Below are positions 21,792 through 31,656 of a stretch of DNA of 64,000 bases, piece after piece. Below the pieces are notes generated by a model. It did no database searches, had not been told where the DNA came from, and saw nothing but the letters and a program-made list of their open reading frames with translations. The position numbers and the translations under genes are program-made. The DNA is from Gammaproteobacteria bacterium (lineage in GTDB: Bacteria > Pseudomonadota > Gammaproteobacteria > JACCXJ01). The DNA is taken from the NCBI GenBank assembly GCA_050740455.1, contig JBOIDF010000002.1:35642-99641 (forward strand), read 5' to 3'. Position 1 is the stretch's first letter. Each line of letters begins with the position of its first letter.

Positions 21792-22142
21792 TCACTTCTG
21801 ACCGACACCAAGCCTGTCCAGCAGGATCGGGATCACTTTGAGTAGCCGGATTGTCCGTTGTAAGTCTTTGTCCCGAGCGAGGTGCACGAGACCTTTGAAA
21901 CCGCCAAGGCACCTCTTGTCTTTCTGAACCTCCTGCAATGCAGCGACAAGCTCTGGGAGCATGTCCTGCATCGGCAAAATTATTTGCCCGGTCTTGGCCA
22001 GGCCATCGGCAATCGAGGCGAGTCCGTTACCGAGCTGGACGATGCCCTGCGCGATCTCAGCGATGCCCGTCGCTGCTGAGGACCGACGCTCGGCTGTATT
22101 TGCCATCGTTTGAGCATCAGGCGGGCCATCTGAACTATTCAT
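21792..22142 (-). CDS. DUF1641-like small protein
   Basis: 116 aa. The C-terminal LVAALQEVQKDKRCLGGFKGLVHLARDKDLQRTIRLLKVIPILL resembles the DUF1641 core. Divergent from the fhc/fdh cluster. Confidence 0.35.
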   Translation of the reverse strand: MNSSDGPPDAQTMANTAERRSSAATGIAEIAQGIVQLGNGLASIADGLAKTGQIILPMQDMLPELVAALQEVQKDKRCLGGFKGLVHLARDKDLQRTIRLLKVIPILLDRLGVGQK

Positions 22143-22486
22143 AAATCTACCTCCTAGATTAAATTAAAGTAGCGGCCTCATCGGCTACGGGCTCGCGTTT
22201 CTCAACAGCCTCTGGATCATCGTGTCGATCTGACGTTCGCGCCGAGAATGAGGCGGTGTAGACCGATTAAACCTACTTTGCCGGTTCGCCATATAGAGAT
22301 CCTAAGAGATCTCCAAGCCAAGGATGGGCCGGAAATGCGCCGAACCGATCCGCAGTTGTTGCAAGTCCTCTGGGATTTCTCGATAATCCGCGCCTTTTCG
22401 CATGCCCGGGAGAAACCGCAACATCCTGGTTTACCCTCGCGCGGTGATCCGTCATCATACCAGCTTGCCGCAGACCCATTATTAGA

Positions 22487-23782
22487 ATGACCGTACCTCA
22501 AAGAGCGATGAACCGGGAAACCGGGGAGTCGGCGCGCGCTCCGCACGCGGCGGTGTGTCCTTTCTGCAGCCTGCTGTGCGATGATCTTATCGTGGAGCAG
22601 GCGGGCGGCCGCGTGCGCGTCCTGAAGAACGGTTGTGACCGGGCAGTTTCCGGCTTCGAGAGCCCAGCCGGACCGAATCAGCCGCGCCTCAAGGGCAAGC
22701 CTGCAACGATCGAACAGTGCATCGAGCGGGCGGCGGCGATCCTTCGCGGCGCCCGCTTCCCTCTGTTCTCCGGCCTGGGGACGGATGTCGGTGGAATGCG
22801 TGCGGTGCTCAGCCTGGCGGAACGCACCGGGGGCGCGCTCGATCACATGCACGGGAACGCGCTCCAGCGGAATATCGGCGTGCTACAAGGCGCGGGTTGG
22901 ATGACGACCACGCTCACGGAGCTAAAGAATCGCGCCGACCTGATTGTTTTCGCAGGCGCCGATGCGGTGAGCACGCATCCGCGTTTTTTCGAGCGCCTCG
23001 TTTGGAACCAAGCATCGCTATTCCAGCTCGACAGCAACGCCCGCCAGATCGTCTACCTCGGGGCCGGGCTCAACACCAAACCCGGCACCAGCCCCGAAGG
23101 TCGAAAACCCTTGCACGTCCGCTTCGATCCGCGGCGACTCATCGAAATCGTCTCAGCGTTACGCGCGCTCGCGGCGGGGCATCGGCTCCAAGCACCCTCG
23201 ATCGCCGGAGTACGGATCCCGGTCTTGAATTCTATCGTCGAAAAGATGAAAGCGGCCCGCTATGGGGTGCTGGCATGGTCGAGCGCCGATCTCGATTATC
23301 CTCACGCCGAGCTTGCCGTTGAAGCGTGCGCGGAACTGGTCAAGGATCTCAACGACACTACGCGTTTTTCCGGTTTGCCCTTGGGCGGCAACGACGGCGC
23401 GATCACGGCCAACAGCGTGTGCGCATGGCAGACGGGTTTTCCGCTCCGCACCGCGTTCGCGGCGGGGTATCCGGCGCATGATGCGCATCGTTACAGCGCT
23501 GGCCACTTGGTCGAATCGGGGTCCGCCGATGCCCTCGTGTGGATTTCCGCGTTTCGCGCGGCGCCTCCGCCGGCGGCCAAACCCCTGGTTGTACTTGGCG
23601 CCCCGAATACGCATTGTCCCGAGGAGCCCGAGGTTTTTATCCCGGTGGCGATCCCGGGACTCGACCATGCGGCTCAGCTCGTGCGCTGCGATTCGGTGGT
23701 GTCGTTGTACCTCGAACGGCAGCGAACCTCGCCCCTGCCGAGCGTCGCACACCTACTCGCGGAAATCCAAAATGCGCTCTAG
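22487..23782 (+). CDS. fhcB: Formyltransferase/hydrolase complex subunit B (FwdB/FmdB homolog)
   Basis: 431 aa. N-terminal Cys cluster CPFCSLLCDD and a molybdopterin-oxidoreductase-like fold. Sits in a cluster with fhcA, fhcD and fhcC. Confidence 0.75.
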   Translation: MTVPQRAMNRETGESARAPHAAVCPFCSLLCDDLIVEQAGGRVRVLKNGCDRAVSGFESPAGPNQPRLKGKPATIEQCIERAAAILRGARFPLFSGLGTDVGGMRAVLSLAERTGGALDHMHGNALQRNIGVLQGAGWMTTTLTELKNRADLIVFAGADAVSTHPRFFERLVWNQASLFQLDSNARQIVYLGAGLNTKPGTSPEGRKPLHVRFDPRRLIEIVSALRALAAGHRLQAPSIAGVRIPVLNSIVEKMKAARYGVLAWSSADLDYPHAELAVEACAELVKDLNDTTRFSGLPLGGNDGAITANSVCAWQTGFPLRTAFAAGYPAHDAHRYSAGHLVESGSADALVWISAFRAAPPPAAKPLVVLGAPNTHCPEEPEVFIPVAIPGLDHAAQLVRCDSVVSLYLERQRTSPLPSVAHLLAEIQNAL

Positions 23783-23785
23783 GGC

Positions 23786-25456
23786 ATGTTAACGCGCTTG
23801 AGGGGCGGCAAGGTCTACGACCCGGCCCACGGGGTCAACGGCGAGGTCCGCGATATCTTCATCCGCGACGGCCGCATCATCGCCCCGCCCCCCGGCGGCG
23901 TCAAGGCGGGCCACGAATATGATCTCTCCGGCGCCGTGGTCATGGCGGGAGGGATCGATATCCATACCCATATCGGCGGGGGCAAAGTCACGATAGCGCG
24001 CATGCTGCTGCCGGAGGACCACGCGGCCCATCCGGTCGCCTCGGGACGGATCACGCGCTCGGGATCGGGCCGGGCGACACCCTCGACGATCACCACCGGT
24101 TACCGGTACGCAGAAATGGGCTACACCGCGTGCTTCGAACCCGCGATGCTGCCGCTGAACGCGCGCCAGACGCATATGGAAATGGGGGATACGCCGATCG
24201 TGGACAAGGGCGGCTATGCGCTGCTCGGTAACGACGATTTCTTCCTGCGGCTGCTCGCCGAAGGCCGTGAACAGGCGCTCATCAATGATTACGTGGCGTG
24301 GACCTTGGAAACCTCGCAAGCCCTCGCGATCAAAGTGGTCAATCCAGGCGGGATCAGCGCCTTCAAGTTCAATCAACGCACGCTCGATCTCGATGAGAAG
24401 CATTGTTATTATCCGATTACGCCGCGCTTGATTCTGCAGCGGCTCGCGCAAGCGGTCTTCGATCTCGGCGTGCCCCACCCGCTGCACGTTCACGGGTGCA
24501 ATCTCGGCGTCGCGGGCAATGTCGATACCACGCTGAAAACGATCGCCGCTGGCGACGGCCTACCCTTGCACCTCGCGCATGTCCAATTCCACAGTTACGG
24601 CACGGAAGGCGACCGCCGGTTCTCCTCCGGCGCGGCGCGCATCGCCGAGAGCGTCAACGCGCACCCGAATATCTCCATCGACGTCGGTCAGATCATGTTC
24701 GGCCAGACGGTCACGGCCTCGGGCGATACCATGGCGCAGCACCGGAACCGTGCCAGCGCTTATCCCAAGAAATGGGTGTGTATGGACATCGAGTGCGACG
24801 CCGGCTGTGGCGTGGTGCCGTTTCGCTACAGGGACAAGAGCTTCGTGAACTCGCTGCAGTGGGCGATCGGATTGGAATTGTTTCTGTTGGTCAAAGACCC
24901 CTGGCGTATTTTCCTGACCACCGATCACCCCAACGGCGCGCCGTTCACGACCTATCCGCACCTCATCCGCTTGTTGATGGACAAGAGCTACCGTAACGAG
25001 CGGCTGGCGACGATCCATCGGGGCGCCGCGGCGATGAGCACGCTCGGGAGTCTCGACCGGGAATATACCCTGTACGAAATCGCCATCATGACGCGCGCCG
25101 CGCCGGCCCGGAGCCTAGGATTGACCGATCGCGGCCACCTCGGCCTCGGCGCGGCGGCCGACATCACGGTCTATAAGGAACACGAGGATCGCGAGCGGAT
25201 GTTTTCCCAGCCTCAGTTCGTATTTAAAGACGGTGAGCTGGTCGTGAAAAACGGCAAAGTGATCAAGATCACGCATGGCAGTACCCATGTGGTCCGGCCG
25301 GACTACGATAAGCGTATCGACCGGACCCTGCGGCCGCATCTCGAGAAATACCATACGCTGGGATGGGAGAATAGGAAACTGCGCGATGAGGAGATCGCGG
25401 GCGAAGGACGCGGCCGGATTGTGATCGCCAACTGCACGCCGCGGCAGGCCGCATGA
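23786..25456 (+). CDS. fhcA: Formyltransferase/hydrolase complex subunit A (FwdA-like amidohydrolase)
   Basis: 556 aa. Amidohydrolase HxH (GGIDIHTHIGGG). FwdA-type length and context. Confidence 0.85.
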   Translation: MLTRLRGGKVYDPAHGVNGEVRDIFIRDGRIIAPPPGGVKAGHEYDLSGAVVMAGGIDIHTHIGGGKVTIARMLLPEDHAAHPVASGRITRSGSGRATPSTITTGYRYAEMGYTACFEPAMLPLNARQTHMEMGDTPIVDKGGYALLGNDDFFLRLLAEGREQALINDYVAWTLETSQALAIKVVNPGGISAFKFNQRTLDLDEKHCYYPITPRLILQRLAQAVFDLGVPHPLHVHGCNLGVAGNVDTTLKTIAAGDGLPLHLAHVQFHSYGTEGDRRFSSGAARIAESVNAHPNISIDVGQIMFGQTVTASGDTMAQHRNRASAYPKKWVCMDIECDAGCGVVPFRYRDKSFVNSLQWAIGLELFLLVKDPWRIFLTTDHPNGAPFTTYPHLIRLLMDKSYRNERLATIHRGAAAMSTLGSLDREYTLYEIAIMTRAAPARSLGLTDRGHLGLGAAADITVYKEHEDRERMFSQPQFVFKDGELVVKNGKVIKITHGSTHVVRPDYDKRIDRTLRPHLEKYHTLGWENRKLRDEEIAGEGRGRIVIANCTPRQAA

Positions 25457-26349
25457 ACCTCAACGGCGTCTACATCGAGGACACGTTCGCCGAAGCCTTT
25501 CCGATGAAGGCGACGCGGCTCATCATCACCGCGATGACCTTGAAGTCAGCCTACCGCGCGGCCAATTCGCTCACCGGATTCGCCTCCTCGGTCATCGCCT
25601 GCGGGTGCGAGGCGGACATCGAGTGCGAGCTCGACCCCGCGGATACGCCCGACGGCCGGCCGGGGATCGCGGTCATCATCTTCGCGATGTCCGTGAAACA
25701 ATTGGCGGATCAGGTGCTGCGCCGGGTCGGGCAGTCGGTCATGACCACCGCCACCAGCGCGTGTTTCGCCGGGCTGCGCTGCGAGCCCTCTATCAAACTC
25801 GGAAGCAGCATCCGGTTTTTCGGCGACGGCTATCAGATCGCCAAGCGCATCGACGGCATCCGCTATTGGCGCATTCCCGTCATGCACGGGGAATTTGTCT
25901 GTGAAGAAAAGACCGGGGTCGCGGACGCGGTTGGGGGCGGCAATTTCCTCGTATTCGCGAAAACCTCGCGGCATGCGTTGACGGCCTGTGAACAGGCGGT
26001 CAAAGCCATTCGCCGGGTGCCGCGCGCCGTCACCTGCTTCCCGGGGGGTATCGTCGGCTCCGGTTCCAAAGTGGGCTCGAAGTACAAGTTCCTCAAAGCC
26101 TCCACGAATGACGCGTATTGTCCCACCTTGAAGGGCCGGGTAGGCTCGAGCTTGACCCCCGAGGTCGGCTCGGTGCTGGAGGTAGTCGTCGATGCGCTCG
26201 ATCAAGAGGCCATCCGTGAATCGCTACGGGCCGGCATCGAAACCGTGTGTAAGTTCGGGCCGAAAAAGGGGATCTACCGCATCAGCGCCGGGAATTTCGG
26301 CGGTAAACTGGGTCCCTATCATTTTCACTTGCGGGAGATCCTCGCTTGA
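25453..26349 (+). CDS. fhcD: Formylmethanofuran:tetrahydromethanopterin N-formyltransferase
   Basis: 298 aa. Ftr-family N-terminus (MNLNGVYIEDTFAEAFPMKATRLIITA). Confidence 0.85.
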   Translation: MNLNGVYIEDTFAEAFPMKATRLIITAMTLKSAYRAANSLTGFASSVIACGCEADIECELDPADTPDGRPGIAVIIFAMSVKQLADQVLRRVGQSVMTTATSACFAGLRCEPSIKLGSSIRFFGDGYQIAKRIDGIRYWRIPVMHGEFVCEEKTGVADAVGGGNFLVFAKTSRHALTACEQAVKAIRRVPRAVTCFPGGIVGSGSKVGSKYKFLKASTNDAYCPTLKGRVGSSLTPEVGSVLEVVVDALDQEAIRESLRAGIETVCKFGPKKGIYRISAGNFGGKLGPYHFHLREILA

Positions 26350-27170
26350 CCCCGCTCACGCTCACGCTGCGGAGGCGCCCGGCCCAAGAGGTGGATATCG
26401 GGCACCTCACTCCCGATGGCTTACAGGCAATGGACCGCGCCGGCATCGAGCAGATCAAGCTCACCTGCGGCAACCGCTCCCTGCGCCTGCATGAGCTTTT
26501 CGAGGTCCAGGGCGAGGACACGAGCGTGATCCAAATCCGTCGCGCTTGCGAGAAACTGTACGGCATCGGCATGGCGATGAGCTTTGGGAGCATCTCGGTA
26601 CAAGGCCGCGCCGGTGACGATGTCGGCCGCAACATGCACGGCGGGATGATCGCCGTGCGCGGATCGGCCGGCCATGGAACCGGACGCGGGATGCGCGGTG
26701 GTTACATCGAGGTACAGGCTAATACCGGGGACTTCCTCGGCGGCGCCGAGGCCGGCGCGCTCGAAGGCATGTCGGAGGGAGTCATCATCGTCTCCGGCGA
26801 CGCGGGTGCCCGCGTCGGCGACCGCATGCGGCGCGGGATCATTTTCGTGCGCGGCAAAAGCGGCGATTATTGTGGCAGCCGAATGAAAGGGGGAACCATC
26901 CTGGTGCTAGGGCAGAGCGGATGCTACCCCGGGATTGGCATGCGCCGGGGCACGATCGTGTTCGCCCGCAAGCCCGCCGAGATCAGCGCCACCTTCAATT
27001 CCTGTGGCCTCCTCAAGATGGAGTTTCTGCGTTTGCTGTTCCGGCAACTGAGCAACTCCTACCGTAAGCTCGCCGTGCTGCGCGATATCGGGCCCGAGGC
27101 GGAGCGCTTCAGCGGCGATCTCGCGCTCGGCGGAAAGGGCGAGCTGTTGGTTTTACATTCGGCGCTCTGA
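26346..27170 (+). CDS. fhcC: Formyltransferase/hydrolase complex subunit C (FwdC homolog)
   Basis: 274 aa. Tandem glycine-rich beta-helix repeats (GRNMHGGMIAVRGSAGHGTGRGMRGGYIEV...GDRMRRGIIFVRG) typical of FwdC. Confidence 0.8.
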   Translation: MTPLTLTLRRRPAQEVDIGHLTPDGLQAMDRAGIEQIKLTCGNRSLRLHELFEVQGEDTSVIQIRRACEKLYGIGMAMSFGSISVQGRAGDDVGRNMHGGMIAVRGSAGHGTGRGMRGGYIEVQANTGDFLGGAEAGALEGMSEGVIIVSGDAGARVGDRMRRGIIFVRGKSGDYCGSRMKGGTILVLGQSGCYPGIGMRRGTIVFARKPAEISATFNSCGLLKMEFLRLLFRQLSNSYRKLAVLRDIGPEAERFSGDLALGGKGELLVLHSAL

Positions 27171-27176
27171 GAACAC

Positions 27177-28850
27177 ATGCCATTACTCATCAAAGGCAAG
27201 GGCGAAAAAGAGGGCCGGCGGCGCGGCCGCAAGGTCGAACCGAAGGCGCTCGCCGAGATTCGCGAGTTGCTGGGGGACACGCCGAGGCGTCGCGATCTGC
27301 TGATCGAGTTTTTACACAAGATCCAGGATCGCCATCATTGCATATCGGCGGCGCATATCGTCGCCCTGGCGAAGGAGATGAACCTCCCGACCACCGAGAT
27401 CTACGAAGTCGCCACCTTTTACCACCATTTCGATGTGGTCAAGGAGGACGATATGCCCCCTCCCGCGCTCACCGTGAGAGTCTGCGACTCGGTCACCTGC
27501 GAGATGTTCGGGGCCAAGGAATTGATCCTGGATCTGCAACGCCGCGTCGGACCGCAGGTGCGCGTAAAAACCGTGCCCTGTGTCGGACGCTGCGGCGGGG
27601 CGCCGGTCGCCGTGGTCGGCACCCACGCGCTCGAATGGGCCTCCCCTTACAGCGTGGAGAAGGCCATCTCCGAGAAGCAAACGGAAGCCCTGCCGCCGGC
27701 AGGGATCGACTATCACGATTATGTCGTGCGCGGCGGTTATAAACTCTTGGCAGCCTGCGTCAACGGAGAGCGCGATGTCGAGAGCGTCATCACGGCGCTG
27801 GAGAATTCCAATCTGCGCGGATTGGGCGGGGCCGGTTTTCCCGCCGGACGCAAATGGCGCATCCTCCGCGGGCAAGCCAAGCCGCGTCTGGTGGCGATCA
27901 ATATCGATGAAGGGGAGCCCGGTACTTTCAAGGACCGCTATTACTTGGAACACGATCCGCACCGCTTCCTCGAGGGCACCTTGATCGCGGCCTGGGCCAT
28001 CGAAGCGGAAGAAGTTTATATTTACTTGCGCGATGAATATGCGGGATGCCGTACGATGTTGACCGCGGAGCTTGAAAAGCTCCGCCGCAACACGCCCTGC
28101 ATCATTCCGCCGATTCATTTTCGCCGCGGCGCCGGAGCCTACATCTGCGGCGAGGAATCCGCCATGATCGAATCGATTGAAGGCAAGCGCGGCATGCCGC
28201 GCTTGCGTCCGCCCTACTTGGCGCAGGTGGGGCTCTTCGGGCGCCCGACGCTTGAGCACAACCTGGAGACCCTGCACTGGGTGCGCGACATCATCGAGCA
28301 AGGCCCGGACTGGTTCGCCTCGCAGGGCCGCCACGGCCGCCAGGGATTGCGTTCGTTTTCGGTCAGCGGGCGGGTGCGGACTCCGGGGGTGTATCTGGCC
28401 CCGGCGGGTATCACGATGCGGGAGTTGATCGCGGAGTATTGCGGCGGCATGCTGCCGGGACACGAATTTTACGGCTACTTCCCCGGCGGGGCTTCGGGCG
28501 GTATCCTACCGGCGTCACTCGGAGATGTCCCGCTCGATTTCGATACCTTGACGCCCCATGGATGCTTCATCGGCTCGGCCGCCATCATCGTTTTGTCGCA
28601 GTACGACAGTGCGCGTAAGACCGCCCTCAACGCCATGCGTTTCTTCGCCGATGAGTCCTGTGGCCAGTGCACCCCCTGCCGTGTCGGCACCGCGAAGGCG
28701 CTCGCACTGATGCAAAAGCACCATTGGGATGGGGCCTTACTCGAAGAGCTGGCGCGCGCCATGGAGGATGCGTCGATCTGCGGTCTCGGCCAGGCCGCGC
28801 CCAACCCGCTCCGATGCGCGATGAAATACTTTCCCGAGGAGTTTAATTAA
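27177..28850 (+). CDS. fdhB: NAD-dependent formate dehydrogenase beta subunit (fused NuoE-like 2Fe-2S plus NuoF-like flavoprotein)
   Basis: 557 aa. N-terminal thioredoxin-like 2Fe-2S domain (CDSVTCEM...CVGRCGGAP). NuoF-like NAD/FMN region (LRGLGGAGFPAGRKW) and 4Fe-4S motif (ESCGQCTPCR). Confidence 0.85.
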   Translation: MPLLIKGKGEKEGRRRGRKVEPKALAEIRELLGDTPRRRDLLIEFLHKIQDRHHCISAAHIVALAKEMNLPTTEIYEVATFYHHFDVVKEDDMPPPALTVRVCDSVTCEMFGAKELILDLQRRVGPQVRVKTVPCVGRCGGAPVAVVGTHALEWASPYSVEKAISEKQTEALPPAGIDYHDYVVRGGYKLLAACVNGERDVESVITALENSNLRGLGGAGFPAGRKWRILRGQAKPRLVAINIDEGEPGTFKDRYYLEHDPHRFLEGTLIAAWAIEAEEVYIYLRDEYAGCRTMLTAELEKLRRNTPCIIPPIHFRRGAGAYICGEESAMIESIEGKRGMPRLRPPYLAQVGLFGRPTLEHNLETLHWVRDIIEQGPDWFASQGRHGRQGLRSFSVSGRVRTPGVYLAPAGITMRELIAEYCGGMLPGHEFYGYFPGGASGGILPASLGDVPLDFDTLTPHGCFIGSAAIIVLSQYDSARKTALNAMRFFADESCGQCTPCRVGTAKALALMQKHHWDGALLEELARAMEDASICGLGQAAPNPLRCAMKYFPEEFN

Positions 28851-31633
28851 TGGCGGCGAACCCAAAAATCGTTCCGGAACAGCCGACCATTCGCTTCAAG
28901 CTCAACGGCCGCGAGACCGACGCGCTGCCGGAGGAGACTATTCTGCAAGCCGCCATGCGGCTTGGGACCGAGATCCCGTATCTGTGCTACAAGGAAGGCT
29001 ATCGCCCCGATGGAAATTGCCGCGCCTGCGTGGTCGAGATCAAAGGTGAACGCGCCTTAGCACCCTCTTGCTGCCGAAGACCCACGGACGGCATGGAGGT
29101 CTCGAGCACGAGCGAGCGGGCGTTGCATTCGCAGAAACTGGTCTTGGAGTTGCTGCTCTCGGATATGCCGAGCCAAGGCCGATCGCCCTATACGCCGCGC
29201 TCCGAGCTCGACCACTGGGCGGAAAGGTTGGAACTCGGGCGGCCCCGCTTCCCCGGCCGCCAGCAACCCCGCGCCGATCTGTCGCACGCCGCCATCGCGG
29301 TGAATCTCGACGCCTGCATCCAATGCAACCGCTGCGTACGGGCCTGCCGCGAAGAACAAGTCAACGATGTGATCGGCTACGCCTTCCGCGGCCCGCATTC
29401 GCAAATCGTCTTCGACCTCGATGATCCGATGGGCGTGAGCACCTGCGTCGCCTGCGGGGAATGCGTGCAAGCCTGCCCGACGGGCGCGCTCATGCCGGCG
29501 GAGAATGCCGGCCTCGTGCGTTCCGATAAGAAGGTGGCCTCCGTTTGTCCTTACTGCGGCGTCGGCTGCCTTCTCACCTTCAATGTCAAGGACAATAAGA
29601 TCTACTATGTCGAAGGACGCGACGGCCCGTCGAATCAGGGGCGTCTCTGCGTCAAGGGACGTTTCGGTTTCGACTACGTGCACCATAAGGAGCGGCTCAC
29701 GAAACCGTTGATCCGGCGCGATGGGGTGCCGAAGTCGCCGGAGATCATCTTCCCCGAAGAAGTCTATCAATACTTCCGGGAGGCAAGCTGGGAGGAAGCG
29801 TTGGAGCGCGCCGGCGGCGGCCTGCGCCGAATTCGCGACCAAGTGGGCTCACAAGCCCTCGCGGGGTTTGGGTGCGCCAAGGGCAGCAACGAAGAAGCCT
29901 ACCTATTCCAAAAGCTCGTGCGCACGGGTTTCGGGACGAACAATGTCGATCATTGCACGCGTTTATGTCACGCCTCTTCGGTAGCCGCATTGCTGGAGAC
30001 GATCGGGTCCGGGGCGGTATCCAATCAGGTCGCCGACGGGGTCGAAGCGGATGTCATCGTCATCATCGGCGCGCGGCCCAACGCCAACCACCCGGTCGCC
30101 GCCACCTTCATGAAGAACGCCGCGCGCGCGGGTAAGAAACTCGTCGTCATCGAACCTTTCGGATCGGACATTGCCCTGCATGCGACCCATTTCCTGCAAT
30201 TACATCCAGCCACGGACGTCGCCTTGCTCAATGGCATGATGCACACCATTGTCTCGGAAGGTTTGCACAACCGGACCTACATCGAAAAATATACGGAGGG
30301 TTTCGATGATCTCTGGATGCGGATTGAGGGCTACAGCGCCGAGAAGGTCGCGCCCATCTGCGGGATCCCGGCCGAGACCATCAAGGAGGTGGCACGGCTC
30401 TATGCCAAGGCCGAGCGCGCCATCATCTTCTGGGGCATGGGGATTTCCCAGCATGTGCATGGGACGGATAACGCCCGCTGCATCATCTCCTTGGCGCTCA
30501 TGACCGGCCAGATCGGCCGGCGCGGGACAGGCTTGCACCCTTTGCGTGGACAGAACAACGTGCAAGGGGCTTCCGATGTCGGATTGATCCCGATGGTTTA
30601 CCCCGACTATCAGCCGGTCGCCGATCCCGGGGTTCGCGCCAAATTCGAACGACTGTGGAGAGCCACGCTCGATCCCAAACCAGGGCTAACCGTCGTCGAG
30701 ATCATGCATGCCGTCCATGAGGGTAAGATCAAGGGGATGTATATCATGGGCGAGAACCCGGCGATGTCCGATCCGAATTTGAACCATGCCCGCAGGGCAC
30801 TCGCCGAGCTCGAGCACCTGGTGGTCCAGGATATCTTCTTCACGGAAACCGCCGGTTTCGCCGACGTGGTGTTGCCCTCCTCGGCCTTTCCGGAAAAGAC
30901 CGGGACCTTCACCAATACCGACCGGCGCGTGCAGCTCGGAAGGCAGGCGATTGACCCGCCGGGCGATGCCCGCCAGGATCTCTGGATCATCCAGGAAATA
31001 GCCCGCTGCTTGGGTCTCGATTGGTCCTATTCCGGCCCGGCCGAGGTGTTCGCCGAGCTCCGCAAGGCCGCCCCCAGCATGGCGGGGATCACCTGGGAGC
31101 GTTTGGAGAAAGACGATTCGGTCACCTATCCTTGCGAGCAGGAAGGCGATCCGGGCGAACCCATCCTGTTTCAGCATGGATTTCCCACCAAGAGCGGTAA
31201 AGGCCGCTTTGTTCCGGCGGTTTACACCAAAGCCGCCGAGCTTCCCGATCACGATTATCCCTTTGTGTTCTTGACCGGCCGTCAGCTCGAGCACTGGCAT
31301 ACGGGCAGCATGACGCGGCGCTCGGTGGTGCTCGATGCGATCGAGCCGCGGGCATCGATCTACATCAACCCCGAAGATTTGGCCTCGATCGGCGGCAAGG
31401 ACGGGGATGTATTGATCGTGGCATCGCGCCGCGGCGCCATCGAAGCTCCCGCGCGTACCGCCAATGGTATCCAACGCGGGACCGTCATCATGCCCTTCTC
31501 CTACCACGAGGCAGCCGCGAACCTCCTCACCAACGAGGCCTTGGATCCTTTCGGGAAGATCCCCGAGTTTAAGTACTGCGCGGTGAGTCTCGTCCCCAAA
31601 TCGACTAACCAACGCCGTTACGCAACGGGTTAA
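28850..31633 (+). CDS. fdhA: NAD-dependent formate dehydrogenase alpha subunit (molybdo/tungstopterin, NuoG-like N-terminus)
   Basis: 927 aa. N-terminal 2Fe-2S/4Fe-4S cysteine clusters (CRACVVEI, CIQCNRCVRAC, CVACGECVQACP, CPYCGVGC) and a MopB catalytic domain. Confidence 0.9.
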   Translation: MAANPKIVPEQPTIRFKLNGRETDALPEETILQAAMRLGTEIPYLCYKEGYRPDGNCRACVVEIKGERALAPSCCRRPTDGMEVSSTSERALHSQKLVLELLLSDMPSQGRSPYTPRSELDHWAERLELGRPRFPGRQQPRADLSHAAIAVNLDACIQCNRCVRACREEQVNDVIGYAFRGPHSQIVFDLDDPMGVSTCVACGECVQACPTGALMPAENAGLVRSDKKVASVCPYCGVGCLLTFNVKDNKIYYVEGRDGPSNQGRLCVKGRFGFDYVHHKERLTKPLIRRDGVPKSPEIIFPEEVYQYFREASWEEALERAGGGLRRIRDQVGSQALAGFGCAKGSNEEAYLFQKLVRTGFGTNNVDHCTRLCHASSVAALLETIGSGAVSNQVADGVEADVIVIIGARPNANHPVAATFMKNAARAGKKLVVIEPFGSDIALHATHFLQLHPATDVALLNGMMHTIVSEGLHNRTYIEKYTEGFDDLWMRIEGYSAEKVAPICGIPAETIKEVARLYAKAERAIIFWGMGISQHVHGTDNARCIISLALMTGQIGRRGTGLHPLRGQNNVQGASDVGLIPMVYPDYQPVADPGVRAKFERLWRATLDPKPGLTVVEIMHAVHEGKIKGMYIMGENPAMSDPNLNHARRALAELEHLVVQDIFFTETAGFADVVLPSSAFPEKTGTFTNTDRRVQLGRQAIDPPGDARQDLWIIQEIARCLGLDWSYSGPAEVFAELRKAAPSMAGITWERLEKDDSVTYPCEQEGDPGEPILFQHGFPTKSGKGRFVPAVYTKAAELPDHDYPFVFLTGRQLEHWHTGSMTRRSVVLDAIEPRASIYINPEDLASIGGKDGDVLIVASRRGAIEAPARTANGIQRGTVIMPFSYHEAAANLLTNEALDPFGKIPEFKYCAVSLVPKSTNQRRYATG

Positions 31634-31656
31634 TAGGGGCTCCAGAGATCGCTGAC

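Noticed and set aside
21672-21792. Short stem (CGCGA-N7-TCGCG) followed by GGTCTTTTTCG after hflD, a possible terminator
   Set aside because: Stem is only 5 bp and the context is ambiguous, so support is too weak to annotate.
22217-22852. 211-aa minus-strand ORF overlapping the fhcB start
   Set aside because: Overlaps the conserved N-terminal Cys-cluster region of fhcB. No motifs; Arg-rich composition.
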